Assembly (NCBI GenBank): GCA_963976795.1
Contig: CAXBLT010000017.1
Location: 549-64,548 of the forward strand
Direction of reading: 5' to 3'
Source of the DNA: an uncultured Gammaproteobacteria bacterium
Lineage (GTDB): Bacteria > Pseudomonadota > Gammaproteobacteria > Eutrophobiales > Eutrophobiaceae
DNA: 64,000 nucleotides
In this document: piece after piece, positions 33,068-44,300 of the stretch
Layout of the letters: the number at the start of each line of letters is the position of its first letter
Position numbering within the stretch: the first letter of the stretch is position 1
Program-made: the position numbers and the translations under genes
The notes under the pieces: generated by a model
The model's database searches: none
What the model saw: the letters and a program-made list of their open reading frames with translations, nothing else
Told to the model about the DNA's origin: nothing

Positions 33068-33622
33068 ATGCTAGAAGATATTTTTAAAGGATTAAGCGCT
33101 GCCTCTGGAATAGAAACCATTACTGACTTTGGCGCAATCTACAATCGTGACCAAGGCCCAAACCTGGTAACGATAAAACTATCAATAGAACAATATAAAT
33201 CCTACTTCTATCTTCGAATTTCTATTACCTACAGCCGTGGCATGAGTAAAAAAACACGCGTTATTAAATGGCCTTACAGTGAAACAGAAGCAAACGATTT
33301 AACCCTTGTTATTGAGGACATAAAAAAAGTAGTACAAGCCAAGGATCACCCGGAACTTAATTTAAGCGATAACCGAACGGGTATTGGCCGTTGGTTTGAT
33401 TCGCTCACGGGAAGAAAATACTACGGCTATTTTGAATTCACTTCACCGGGAAGACTCACTGAAGACATCAGCGTCACTGCCGAAATCACTGATTCAGGAA
33501 AGGATACCCTTGTCTCACTCACAGAAAGGAAAAAAGGCCACAGCTTTATATTATCCCACCCACCGCATGATGCGTTTGAAGTCATTTTGTCCACACTAGA
33601 AAAATTCATGTCAGAAAACTAA
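33068..33622 (+). CDS. Hypothetical protein
   Basis: 184-aa ORF, 41 nt after mtaD, with RBS aaggtaag. No recognisable family. Confidence 0.4.
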   Translation: MLEDIFKGLSAASGIETITDFGAIYNRDQGPNLVTIKLSIEQYKSYFYLRISITYSRGMSKKTRVIKWPYSETEANDLTLVIEDIKKVVQAKDHPELNLSDNRTGIGRWFDSLTGRKYYGYFEFTSPGRLTEDISVTAEITDSGKDTLVSLTERKKGHSFILSHPPHDAFEVILSTLEKFMSEN

Positions 33623-33767
33623 TCCCTGTACCTCAAAAATTAAAGCATCAAAAAAATTAACCGCTATTGTCTTTATGAATATATATTACCGAATACTTAA
33701 ATAAAATGATTTTTGTCGAATCTCCGACCGGCTTTTTTATACCCGAATAAAAGCAAAACTCACATAA

Positions 33768-33872
33768 GAAGAAGTCGCCAAAACTCGAAACATAACGACA
33801 CAAACAGTCAAACGCTGGGAAACCCGCAAAGGCGCGCCCAAAAGTAAAAAACTCATAATGGAATTAGATTAG
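33768..33872 (+). pseudogene. Remnant of an AlpA/excisionase-like HTH gene (no start codon)
   Basis: A 34-codon open frame bounded by stops encodes ...TQTVKRWETRKGAPKSKKL.... The R-W-E/K-G-x-P signature is typical of phage AlpA/Xis-type HTH_17 domains. No ATG is present. Confidence 0.25.
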
Positions 33873-34330
33873 CTCTATAATATTTCATATCCATGGTTAT
33901 CATTTCATTACGGAAGCGAAGAATATGATTTTGAACAGGGATTTGAACTTGAGGATATTTGGCAAAGACTCGATAGAGAAAAACAAAAAATCACTATGAT
34001 ATATCTTCAAAAATTGATGATATAAGAAAATATAAAATTGAACCTATAGTATTAGTGTTGATTAGTTTTATTTTCCCTTATGACTTGCCGAAGGATTCTT
34101 CTATTTTAATGGTTGAGCAACATGGATGTTGCGAAAGCGTATTGACGACAGGGACATCGTCTATACGCGTGCCGTTGAAATGAAATAACCCCGAGGGTCT
34201 CCGTAGGACAAGTCATTGGGGTGCCCTTTTTTCTTGGTGTCTTCTTTTTTTGGGCAAGCAAAAAAGAAGTTACTCGCCGTAAAAGGCGAAACTAACGTAA
34301 AAAAGAATAATGAAGTTATTATTTGACTGG

Positions 34331-34350
34331 ATTCCCATTTTCATGGGAAT
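34331..34350 (-). terminator. Hairpin 3' of rnt
   Basis: Perfect inverted repeat attcccat-tttc-atgggaat, 30 nt beyond the rnt stop. Confidence 0.35.
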
Positions 34351-34379
34351 GACGGAGTTCTTAAAAAGAATACCGCTGA

Positions 34380-35054
34380 TTATTCATCATCAACTCGAAA
34401 CAACCCTGAATACTCATTCCACCGATTAACAATCTCACAAAACAGTAATGCAGTTTGTTCGGCGTCATAACGCGCAGAGTGCGCTTCCTTGGTATCCCAC
34501 CTCAATCCGGCTTCTTCAGCAGCACGAGCTAATACAGTTTGTCCATAGGCTAAGCCTGCCATGGTTGCGGTATCAAAGGTGCTGAAGGGATGGAATGGGT
34601 TGCGTTTGATCTGCGTACGTTCAACAGCGGCATTTAGAAAGCCCAAATCAAAAGAGGCATTGTGTCCTACTAAAATGGCGCGACTGCAGCGATGCTCTTT
34701 TATTTTTTTTCTTACCGGTTTGAATACTTCTTGCAAGGCTTCTGTCTCACTGACCGCGATCTGTTTACGAAAAGGATGATTGGGATCGACACCGATAAAA
34801 TCTAGCGACGCTTGATCGAGATTTGCACCTTCGAATGGATTGACATGTTTGGAGACAACTTCATCGATGCACCATTGTTTTTCTTCATTGACCGTTACCG
34901 TTACCGCTGCAATTTCTAACAAGGCATCGGTTGCTGCATTAAACCCTGCTGTTTCAACATCAATGATGACGGGTAAAAACCCACGAAATCGTTTTGCAAC
35001 CGGCGATTTATTATTCGCCGTTGTTTCAGTTATTTCTTCAGTTGCCATGAACAT
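34380..35054 (-). CDS. rnt: Ribonuclease T
   Basis: DEDDh exonuclease motifs [22 protein letters not shown] and HSARYDAE. Confidence 0.9.
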   Translation of the reverse strand: MFMATEEITETTANNKSPVAKRFRGFLPVIIDVETAGFNAATDALLEIAAVTVTVNEEKQWCIDEVVSKHVNPFEGANLDQASLDFIGVDPNHPFRKQIAVSETEALQEVFKPVRKKIKEHRCSRAILVGHNASFDLGFLNAAVERTQIKRNPFHPFSTFDTATMAGLAYGQTVLARAAEEAGLRWDTKEAHSARYDAEQTALLFCEIVNRWNEYSGLFRVDDE

Positions 35055-36064
35055 GTCCCCCCGGCTCGAAAGGGAACAATCTCTTCATTACCAAAAGGGT
35101 GTGATTCAGGAATGGTTTGCTCTTCTCTAACTAATGTCATTTGTTCTGTATTTCGTGGTAAGTCGTAATAGTCTGCACCATAGTGACTGGCAAAGGCTTC
35201 GAGTTTATCGAGTTGTCCAGCAGCATCAAATGCTTCGGCGTATATCTCTAGTGCGTTAGGGGCTGAATAGATTCCGGCACAACCACAGCTGGTCTCTTTT
35301 GTATTTCGCGCATGCGGCGCGCTATCGGTGCCGAGGAAAAACTTCGAATTACCACTCATCGCCGCTGTCGATACCGCTTGGCGATCATCTTCTGCCTTTA
35401 ATACAGGCAAGCAATAATGGTGCGGTTGCAAGCCACCTTTAAATAAATCATTTCTGTTTAAGAGTATGTGTTGCGGCGTAATCGTTGCAGCAAGCTTATC
35501 ACTTGATTCCATCACAAAATCAGCGGCGGCGCGTGTCGTGATATGTTCAAAGACTATTTTAAGCTCAGGAAAATCTTTCACCAGTAGTGCTAGCACTGTA
35601 TCGATAAACACGGCTTCGCGGTCAAACACATCGACATCGTCGCCTGTGACTTCGCCGTGTACCAAAAGTGGTAAGCCACTTTTCATCATGGCATCAAGGG
35701 CGGCATAGGTATTCTTTATATCTGTTACACCTTGGTCAGAATTGGTCGTCGCGCCTGCAGGATAATATTTTAATGCCTTAATAATCTTAGACTCTGCTGC
35801 GGTCTTTATCGTCTCGACTGAGGTGTTATCGGTTAGATATAAGGTCATCAGTGGTTCAAAATTATATTTTTTATCAACACACTGTAAGATACGCTCCCTG
35901 TAAGCCAGTGCCATTTCTGTATTAACCACGGGTGGTTTAAGATTAGGCATGACTATCGCGCGCGCGAATTGCACTGCGGAATGATTCACAACACTGGACA
36001 ACGCAACGCCATCACGCAAGTGCAGATGGAAATCGTCAGGTTTTGTTATAGTTATCGTTTGCAT
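35030..36064 (-). CDS. pyrC: Dihydroorotase (class II)
   Basis: DFHLHLRDG metal-binding motif at the N-terminus. 344 aa. pyrC-rnt adjacency. Confidence 0.9.
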   Translation of the reverse strand: MQTITITKPDDFHLHLRDGVALSSVVNHSAVQFARAIVMPNLKPPVVNTEMALAYRERILQCVDKKYNFEPLMTLYLTDNTSVETIKTAAESKIIKALKYYPAGATTNSDQGVTDIKNTYAALDAMMKSGLPLLVHGEVTGDDVDVFDREAVFIDTVLALLVKDFPELKIVFEHITTRAAADFVMESSDKLAATITPQHILLNRNDLFKGGLQPHHYCLPVLKAEDDRQAVSTAAMSGNSKFFLGTDSAPHARNTKETSCGCAGIYSAPNALEIYAEAFDAAGQLDKLEAFASHYGADYYDLPRNTEQMTLVREEQTIPESHPFGNEEIVPFRAGGTCSWQLKK

Positions 36065-36131
36065 AGTTGAATGAAATTATTACATATTAAAGATGAAAGG
36101 TATCTACACACTTTAATAAAGAGAGAACAAG

Positions 36132-37172
36132 ATGGAATTCACAAAGTTAGGCAACACTGACATCAAAGTCAGCCGCATTTGTCTCGGAACGATGACCTGG
36201 GGCGAACAAAACACCCAAGTCGAAGCACACCAGCAATTAGATTATGCGGTGGACGCAGGTATTAATTTTATTGATACCGCTGAAATGTATCCGGTGCCGC
36301 CGACAGAAGAAACCCAGGGGCTGACCGAAACCTATATTGGTAGCTGGTTGGCAAAAAGACAGGATCGCGATAAATTGATTATTGCCAGTAAGGTTTGCGG
36401 TCAAAATCTTTTTGCGCCCTACTTACGCAATGGTCAAGCAAAGCTCGATAAAAAGAATATCCATCAGGCATTAGATGCTTCTTTAAAACGACTACAAACG
36501 GATTACATCGATCTCTATCAAACACATTGGCCGGATCGTGATACTAACTACTTTGGTCAATTGGGTTATTACCATGCTCCGGAAAAAGACGGCACAGCAA
36601 TTGCCGAAACACTGGATGTGTTCGATGGATTGATAAAGGAAGGCAAGATTCGGATGATTGGTATTTCAAATGAAACCCCGTGGGGTTGCGCAGAATATCT
36701 CCGCGCCGCTAAGGAACTCAATTTACCAAGAATAGTGAGCATCCAGAACCCTTACAATCTACTCAACCGAACCTTTGAAATTGGTCTTTCAGAATTTTCC
36801 CATCGCGAACAAACAGGCTTGTTGGCCTACTCGCCGCTCGCTTTTGGTGTATTAAGTGGTAAATTTTTAAACGGTGCCAGACCCGCAGGTACTCGCCTCG
36901 TATTGTGGGATCGTTTCAGTCGATATTCAAACCCGCAGGCCGATGCGGCAACCGCAGACTATGTCAAACTGGCACAAGAAAATGGATTGGATCCAGCGCA
37001 AATGGCATTGGCTTTTGTGAATAGCCGCCCCTTTCTCACCAGTAATATTATTGGTGCGACATCCATGGAACAACTAAAAAACAATATCGAGAGTATCAAT
37101 ATCAAACTCTCGAAAAAAATTATCAAAGCAATCGAAACTATCCATGAAAAAATCCCAAACCCTTCTCCTTAA
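36132..37172 (+). CDS. NADP-dependent aldo/keto reductase (Tas/YajO-like)
   Basis: AKR signature ICLGTMTWG...GINFIDTAEMY. 346 aa. Confidence 0.85.
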   Translation: MEFTKLGNTDIKVSRICLGTMTWGEQNTQVEAHQQLDYAVDAGINFIDTAEMYPVPPTEETQGLTETYIGSWLAKRQDRDKLIIASKVCGQNLFAPYLRNGQAKLDKKNIHQALDASLKRLQTDYIDLYQTHWPDRDTNYFGQLGYYHAPEKDGTAIAETLDVFDGLIKEGKIRMIGISNETPWGCAEYLRAAKELNLPRIVSIQNPYNLLNRTFEIGLSEFSHREQTGLLAYSPLAFGVLSGKFLNGARPAGTRLVLWDRFSRYSNPQADAATADYVKLAQENGLDPAQMALAFVNSRPFLTSNIIGATSMEQLKNNIESINIKLSKKIIKAIETIHEKIPNPSP

Positions 37173-37554
37173 TTTTTATCTCGCCTTAAGCTGTGTTTTG
37201 CTTTCTCCTTCAGCATTTGCATCGGAGACAGAGGAGATATGGTTATATGTCTTTTTAATTCCAGTTTATTTTGTATTGGCCCTGCAATCTCTCTTGGGAT
37301 TGTTTATGTTGGCAATGAAACAATTTAATTCCAGAAAGTCGATTTTAGTTCTGATTATCCCGGCAGTTTTGTTGATGATAATTGGAATCTTAATCACGCT
37401 TTACTTTCAATCTCCAAATGAATTATGGGGGCTCCTCTCAATATATTTAGTATTTACTCCGTTCATCTTTGTACTGCCACCCATTCAATATCGCATTTTA
37501 AATAAACCCGGAGAGACTCCTGAAGAAGTTCTGAAGGAAGACCTTGAGGAATAA
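37144..37554 (+). CDS. Small integral membrane protein
   Basis: 136 aa with an N-terminal signal-like segment followed by 3 hydrophobic helices. Overlaps the AKR 3' end by 29 nt. Confidence 0.4.
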   Translation: MKKSQTLLLNFYLALSCVLLSPSAFASETEEIWLYVFLIPVYFVLALQSLLGLFMLAMKQFNSRKSILVLIIPAVLLMIIGILITLYFQSPNELWGLLSIYLVFTPFIFVLPPIQYRILNKPGETPEEVLKEDLEE

Positions 37555-37659
37555 AGTCATCATCACACTCTATCGGTCTGTTTGAAACAGAATTAGTCTC
37601 TTAGAATTGGCTCAAACTAAGTGCTAATCCATGTATAATCTTGGGTCATAATCAATTAA

Positions 37660-39048
<1,389 letters not shown>

Positions 39049-39074
39049 TAAAGACTTCAGGACGGGAAGCAAAC

Positions 39075-39590
39075 ATGAATAACCTTGATGAATACATTCT
39101 GGGTGAGTCCACAGAAGACCCCATCAAAGTCGAGACGCGCCAGGATAATGCGGATGCGGCACTCGCACTGGTAAAACAATGCAAACTAAAACTCGCTATT
39201 ATCTCCAAAGAGCTGGATCCTTTCGTCTACGATCAACCCGAGTTTGTCGAAGCAGTCCGGCAGTTGGCATTAAAAGGGAGAAATGTCGATATCCGTATTC
39301 TGGCCTTTGAACCCGAATTAATCGTTCGCAGAGGTCATAAGCTCGTTGATTTAGCAGGAAAAATCAGCAGTTATGTTGAAATACGTAAACCATCATCACA
39401 ATATAGATCATTCAATGAAGCGGTGTTGATTGCCGATGAAGTAGGCTATCTGTTTCGAGAAAGCGCAGAACGATATGGAGGCAAAGTAAACTTCAACGGC
39501 CGCCGCGAGTCGAAGTATATGTTGGAGGTATTTAATAGTATGTGGGAGACATCTAAACCAGACCCCAACTTTAGAAGGATGCACATGTAA
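39075..39590 (+). CDS. Hypothetical protein
   Basis: 171-aa ORF, 26 nt after purB, with RBS ggacgggaag. No recognisable family. Confidence 0.4.
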   Translation: MNNLDEYILGESTEDPIKVETRQDNADAALALVKQCKLKLAIISKELDPFVYDQPEFVEAVRQLALKGRNVDIRILAFEPELIVRRGHKLVDLAGKISSYVEIRKPSSQYRSFNEAVLIADEVGYLFRESAERYGGKVNFNGRRESKYMLEVFNSMWETSKPDPNFRRMHM

Positions 39591-39628
39591 GTCTGGAAAC
39601 CCCAATTGACCAACCTTAAATTTAAACT

Positions 39629-40555
39629 ATGCAATACAACACGTACTTTCCTATCTTAGCATCACGCTTATTCTGTGAGCACGCCTACAGATTGAAAAAA
39701 CTGACTCTACTTGCTCTATTATTTACTGCCGTTAACAGCACTGCTGTTATGGCGGAACCGATGAAGATCGAGACTATTCCCATGCAAAATAGACAAGTCG
39801 AAGATGTTATTCCCATTCTCAAACCATTAGTTGCTGAAGGCGGCACCGTTACCGGAATAAATAATAAGTTGATTGTTAAAACCACACCTTCAAACCTCAA
39901 ACAAATTAAGCAAGTCCTGTCAGAAATCGATAATGCCCCACGCCGTTTAATGATCAGTGTCAAACAAGATGTCGATGGAAACCTCAATGTTGAGGAAAGT
40001 GGCGTTTCCGGACGCTATAGCACCGGAGAGGTCACAATAGAATCGCCCGACACGGGTCGTGGCGGCACTATCATTCAGGGCAAAGACAGTGATGGCAATG
40101 TCGTCCGCTACCGTCAATTGGAAACTCGATCACGGCTAGAAGATAGAAATGTCTTTCGCGTTCAAGCATTAGAGGGCAATCCAGCCTATATCAGTACAGG
40201 TCAATCTGTCCCTATACCAAATCAAACTGCATTCGTCACAGGCGGTGGCGTAGTCGTTCAGGATGGTGTCGAGTATCGAGACGTGGAATCCGGCTTTTAT
40301 GTCCTACCCAGGATTCAGGGCGATAATGTCACGCTATTAATATCACCCAAACTATCCCGCGTCAGTCCAAATCAAGCCGCGACATTTGATATACAAAATG
40401 TCGAAACCACAGCGAGTGGTCGATTGGGAGAATGGATACCCATCGGTGGTGCCACACAGCATTACAATGATAGCTCGAAAAGAAACTTGATTAGCACAAA
40501 ACGACGCGGGCAAGAACAGAGGAATGTATTAGTTAAAGTAGAAGAGATTAAATAA
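39629..40555 (+). CDS. Secreted protein with secretin N-domain (NolW-like) and a short secretin-like C-terminal region
   Basis: Region IETIPMQNRQVEDVIPILKPL...NNKLIVKTTPSNLKQIKQVLSEIDNAPRRLMISVKQD fits the secretin_N pattern. The signal peptide KKLTLLALLFTAVNSTAVMA is only in frame if the start is the TTG at 39692. Confidence 0.5.
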   Translation: MQYNTYFPILASRLFCEHAYRLKKLTLLALLFTAVNSTAVMAEPMKIETIPMQNRQVEDVIPILKPLVAEGGTVTGINNKLIVKTTPSNLKQIKQVLSEIDNAPRRLMISVKQDVDGNLNVEESGVSGRYSTGEVTIESPDTGRGGTIIQGKDSDGNVVRYRQLETRSRLEDRNVFRVQALEGNPAYISTGQSVPIPNQTAFVTGGGVVVQDGVEYRDVESGFYVLPRIQGDNVTLLISPKLSRVSPNQAATFDIQNVETTASGRLGEWIPIGGATQHYNDSSKRNLISTKRRGQEQRNVLVKVEEIK

Positions 40556-40564
40556 CACCAGTCT

Positions 40565-40590
40565 GTCATTCCCGTGTAGACGGGAATGAC
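40565..40590. terminator. Bidirectional hairpin between convergent genes
   Basis: Perfect 10-bp inverted repeat gtcattcccg-tgtaga-cgggaatgac, between the 39629..40555 (+) and 40620..40967 (-) ORFs. Confidence 0.45.
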
Positions 40591-40619
40591 AAAGAAAATA
40601 CATATCGTTGTAAATCAGG

Positions 40620-40967
40620 TTAAATATCCAAAACTAATTCCAAACCCTCATTCAGTTCCAGTTTTTGATTCGGATTTAACTTCCCTGCTTTTTCAATTAA
40701 ATAAGATTTATCTAGCGTGATAATCTGTGACAGGTTAATAACTGACTCTTTCTTTAAACCAATATTTTTGTTTACGCCCAATTTAATATTTCCAGGGGCT
40801 CTAGCTAATGCCAGGTTTGATGTAATTACTGCGACAACAATCGTTTTTATTTTACTTTTATTAAAATCATCTGATTGAACGATAACAATTGGTCTTCGGT
40901 AACCGGGTTCTGACCCCCTCGGCTCATCAAGATCTGCCCACCAGATCTCACCTTTTTTGTAGTCCAT
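40620..40967 (-). CDS. MazF/PemK-family type II toxin (mRNA interferase)
   Basis: 115 aa. N-terminus KGEIWWADLDEPRGSEPGYRRPIVIVQSDDFN is characteristic of PemK/MazF. Confidence 0.8.
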   Translation of the reverse strand: MDYKKGEIWWADLDEPRGSEPGYRRPIVIVQSDDFNKSKIKTIVVAVITSNLALARAPGNIKLGVNKNIGLKKESVINLSQIITLDKSYLIEKAGKLNPNQKLELNEGLELVLDI

Positions 40968-40970
40968 ACC

Positions 40971-41210
40971 TCACCATTCATCCCTGTTTATTGACTTCAT
41001 TTGAACTCGTTTGAAACCTTGTTCTAATCCCTGATTTTCTTCATCATCATATATATCATTGAGTAAATCGGTTACTTTTTGATTTTTATGCGCTTCGACA
41101 TATCTTGAGATAGCCCGCACGTATAATTCACTCCTAGATAGTCCTAGTCTTTTTGCCAGTCTTTCAGCTGTATTAAAGACAGGATCAGGTATTGAAATAG
41201 CTGTTTTCAT
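40971..41210 (-). CDS. Ribbon-helix-helix (CopG-like) antitoxin
   Basis: About 80 aa. MKTAISIPDPVFNTAERLAKRLGLSRSELYVRAI is an RHH motif. A 3-nt gap separates it from the toxin. The start could be 41216 or 41210. Confidence 0.65.
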   Translation of the reverse strand: MKTAISIPDPVFNTAERLAKRLGLSRSELYVRAISRYVEAHKNQKVTDLLNDIYDDEENQGLEQGFKRVQMKSINRDEW

Positions 41211-41358
41211 AACCAAAAGTATAACTATAGTTATACCTATGTCAATCTGTAAGTCATGCCATTAATACACATTAAAGATAAAAATAACTTTCGCCTGATA
41301 CACCATAGACTGATAAAATGTCGTTCTTTAAATTCCTTCGCCTAATAAAGCCAATACA

Positions 41359-44300
41359 TTGATGTTAATACTGCCCGGCGGTAACGCCCTTTCTGAATTT
41401 CGTGTTAATAAACTTTTATTTGCCTTGCAATCATGCATACCGGCAATTAGCTCGGTTGAGTCATATTATATTCATTTTGCTGAAACGAGTTCAGACCTCA
41501 ATCAAAAAGAAACGACCCAACTTAATGCCCTGCTGAATTACGGTGCTGCGGTCAAACATGTTGCTGTCGATTCATTCAATCTTATTATTATTCCAAGACC
41601 CGGCACTATTTCTCCCTGGTCCAGTAAGGCAAGCGACATAGTGCATAACTCAGGTTTGAACAAGATCATGCGTCTTGAACGCGGTAGAGTTTATTCATTT
41701 ACATTAAATGATGGCAACACACTAAATGAAAAACAAATAACGCTACTCAAGCCACATATACATGACCGTATGACAGAAATTCTCATAGATAATGAGAATG
41801 ATGCCAGTGCTTTATTTACTATTACTGAGCCTGCTGAATTGACTCAGGTAGATATCATCAACGCGGGTATAGAGGCACTGGAAACTGCCAATACTGAAAT
41901 GGGCCTGGCTTTATCAAATGACGAGATTAGTTACTTGTTCAGCTCGTTTAAAACGTTGGGGCGTAACCCAACAGATGTAGAATTGATGATGTTTGCACAA
42001 GCCAACTCTGAGCATTGCAGACACAAGATATTCAACGCTGAGTGGACTATCGATAACGTTAAACAAGAACATTCATTGTTTAAGATGATAAGACAAACCC
42101 ATGAAGCCAATCCGGGGAATGTGCTTTCTGCCTATCACGATAATGCCGCCGTTATGGCCGGTTTTAATGGTGCACGATTTTTCACCGACCCAATTAATCA
42201 TCACTATGGTTATCATGATGAAGATATCCATATCCTGATGAAGGTTGAGACGCACAACCATCCAACCGCGATATCACCTTACCCCGGCGCGGCAACTGGT
42301 TCAGGTGGAGAAATTCGCGATGAAGCAGCAACCGGGCGTGGTGCAAAACCAAAGGCTGGTCTAAGTGGTTTTGCCGTCTCAAACCTGAAGATACCTGGAT
42401 TTGAACAAGCCTGGGAAACTGACAACGGCAAACCAGATCGAATTGTATCGGCTTTAGATATTATGCTTGAAGGACCAATTGGCGCAGCGGCCTATAATAA
42501 TGAATTTGGTCGTCCGGCATTGTGTGGTTATTTCCGCACCTATGAACAACGTAAAGATGAAACCTTAATTTACGGTTATCACAAACCGATCATGCTTGCT
42601 GGCGGTTACGGTATGATTCGAGAACCAGATGTACATAAGCAAGATATTCCTACAGGGGCAAAGCTAATAGTATTGGGCGGCCCCGCAATGTTGATTGGAC
42701 TCGGTGGTGGCGCGGCCTCATCAATGGCGTCAGGTTCAAGTGACGCTTCATTAGATTTCGCTTCAGTGCAACGCGATAACCCCGAGATGGAACGACGTTG
42801 TCAGGAAGTCATCGATCGATGTTGGGCATTAGGAGATAACAACCCCATTATTAGTATTCATGATGTTGGTGCTGGAGGTCTATCCAACGCCATGCCTGAA
42901 CTTGTGAGCGCAAGTAATCGTGGTGCACAACTGGAACTACGCGAGATTCCGAATGATGAACCCGGCATGTCGCCTATGGGGGTTTGGTGTAATGAGTCTC
43001 AAGAACGCTACGTGCTTGCAATTGCAGAGGAACAACTTGATCGCTTTACGTCATTATGTGAACGAGAACGCGCACCTTACGCGGTACTCGGCGATGCAAC
43101 TGCAAAAGAGCAACTCGTCTTGAACGATGCCCATTTCAGTAATCAAGCAATTGATATACCGATGTCAGTATTACTTGGCAAGATGCCAAACATACAGCGC
43201 GATGTGCAGAGTGAAACTACTCAGCACACTGAATTTGATACTTCAACATTAGATTTATATGAATCAATTGATCGGGTGCTACAACTGCCTACCGTTGCCA
43301 GTAAAAATTTCTTAATTACGATTGGTGATCGTTCAATCTCTGGTTTGGTTGTACGCGATCAGATGGTCGGCCCCTGGCAAGTACCCGTTGCAGATTGTGC
43401 TGTTACCAGTTCATCTTATTTTGATTACATAGGCGAAGCGATGGCTATTGGTGAACGTGCCCCACTTGCACTGATCAATGCAGCGGCTTCCGGACGCATG
43501 GCCATTGCCGAAGCCATTATGAATATATCTGCAGCACGTATCATCAAATTAGAAGATATTGCTCTTTCAGCAAACTGGATGGCGGCCTGTGGTGAGACGG
43601 GGCAAGACGCAAAACTTTATAGCGCCGTTGCTGCGGTTAGTGATCTTTGTAAAACACTAGGTATTGCAATACCTGTCGGCAAGGATTCTTTGTCGATGAA
43701 TACGGTTTGGTCTAAAAACAATCAACAACAAAAAGTAACATCACCGTTGTCGTTAAATATCACGGCTTTTGCACGGGTTGCAGATGTTCGGCACTCACTG
43801 ACACCACAATTACACCAAGATGATGATACCGTTCTACTTTATATTGATTTAGCCAAAGGTAAACAGCGCCTTGCTGGCTCTGCCCTATGCCAGGTGTATG
43901 AACAATTCGGTAATGAAACTCCTGATCTGGATGACCCAAATATACTCATTGTTTTTTTTCAAGCCTTACAGATCCTCAATGAATCAGATTATATTCTTGC
44001 ATACCATGATCGGTCGGATGGGGGTCTGTTTGTCACACTGGCTGAAATGGCCTTCGCTGGACACACCGGGATTGATATTGAGCTTGCATACACCAATGAC
44101 ATCATCGCCAATTTATTTAATGAAGAACTCGGTGCCGTCATTCAAATAAAAAGAGCGCATGAACAAAGTGTAAAACAAACTTTTATAAATGCCGGCATAG
44201 AAGAACGGACACTTCATACTATCGGCACCATTAACAATGATTATACGTTTAGACTCGCGCAAGATGGGACGAACAATCTGGAATTACCGGTTAATGAGTT

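Noticed and set aside
33719-33740. tRNA-like T-loop (tcgaatctccgacc) and a possible tRNA attachment site for the decayed island
   Set aside because: The sequence does not match the GTTCGAATCC T-loop consensus. No acceptor or anticodon arms could be built, so there is no tRNA.
34041-34053. 13-mer aacctatagtatt repeated at 34041 and 45229
   Set aside because: An exact 13-mer repeat is expected by chance many times in 64 kb of AT-rich DNA. There is no extended similarity on either side.
37144-37172. Possible frameshift joining the AKR and the downstream membrane ORF
   Set aside because: The AKR ends with a normal C-terminus for the family (about 346 aa). The downstream ORF has its own signal-like N-terminus. 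The overlap is more consistent with a mis-called upstream start.
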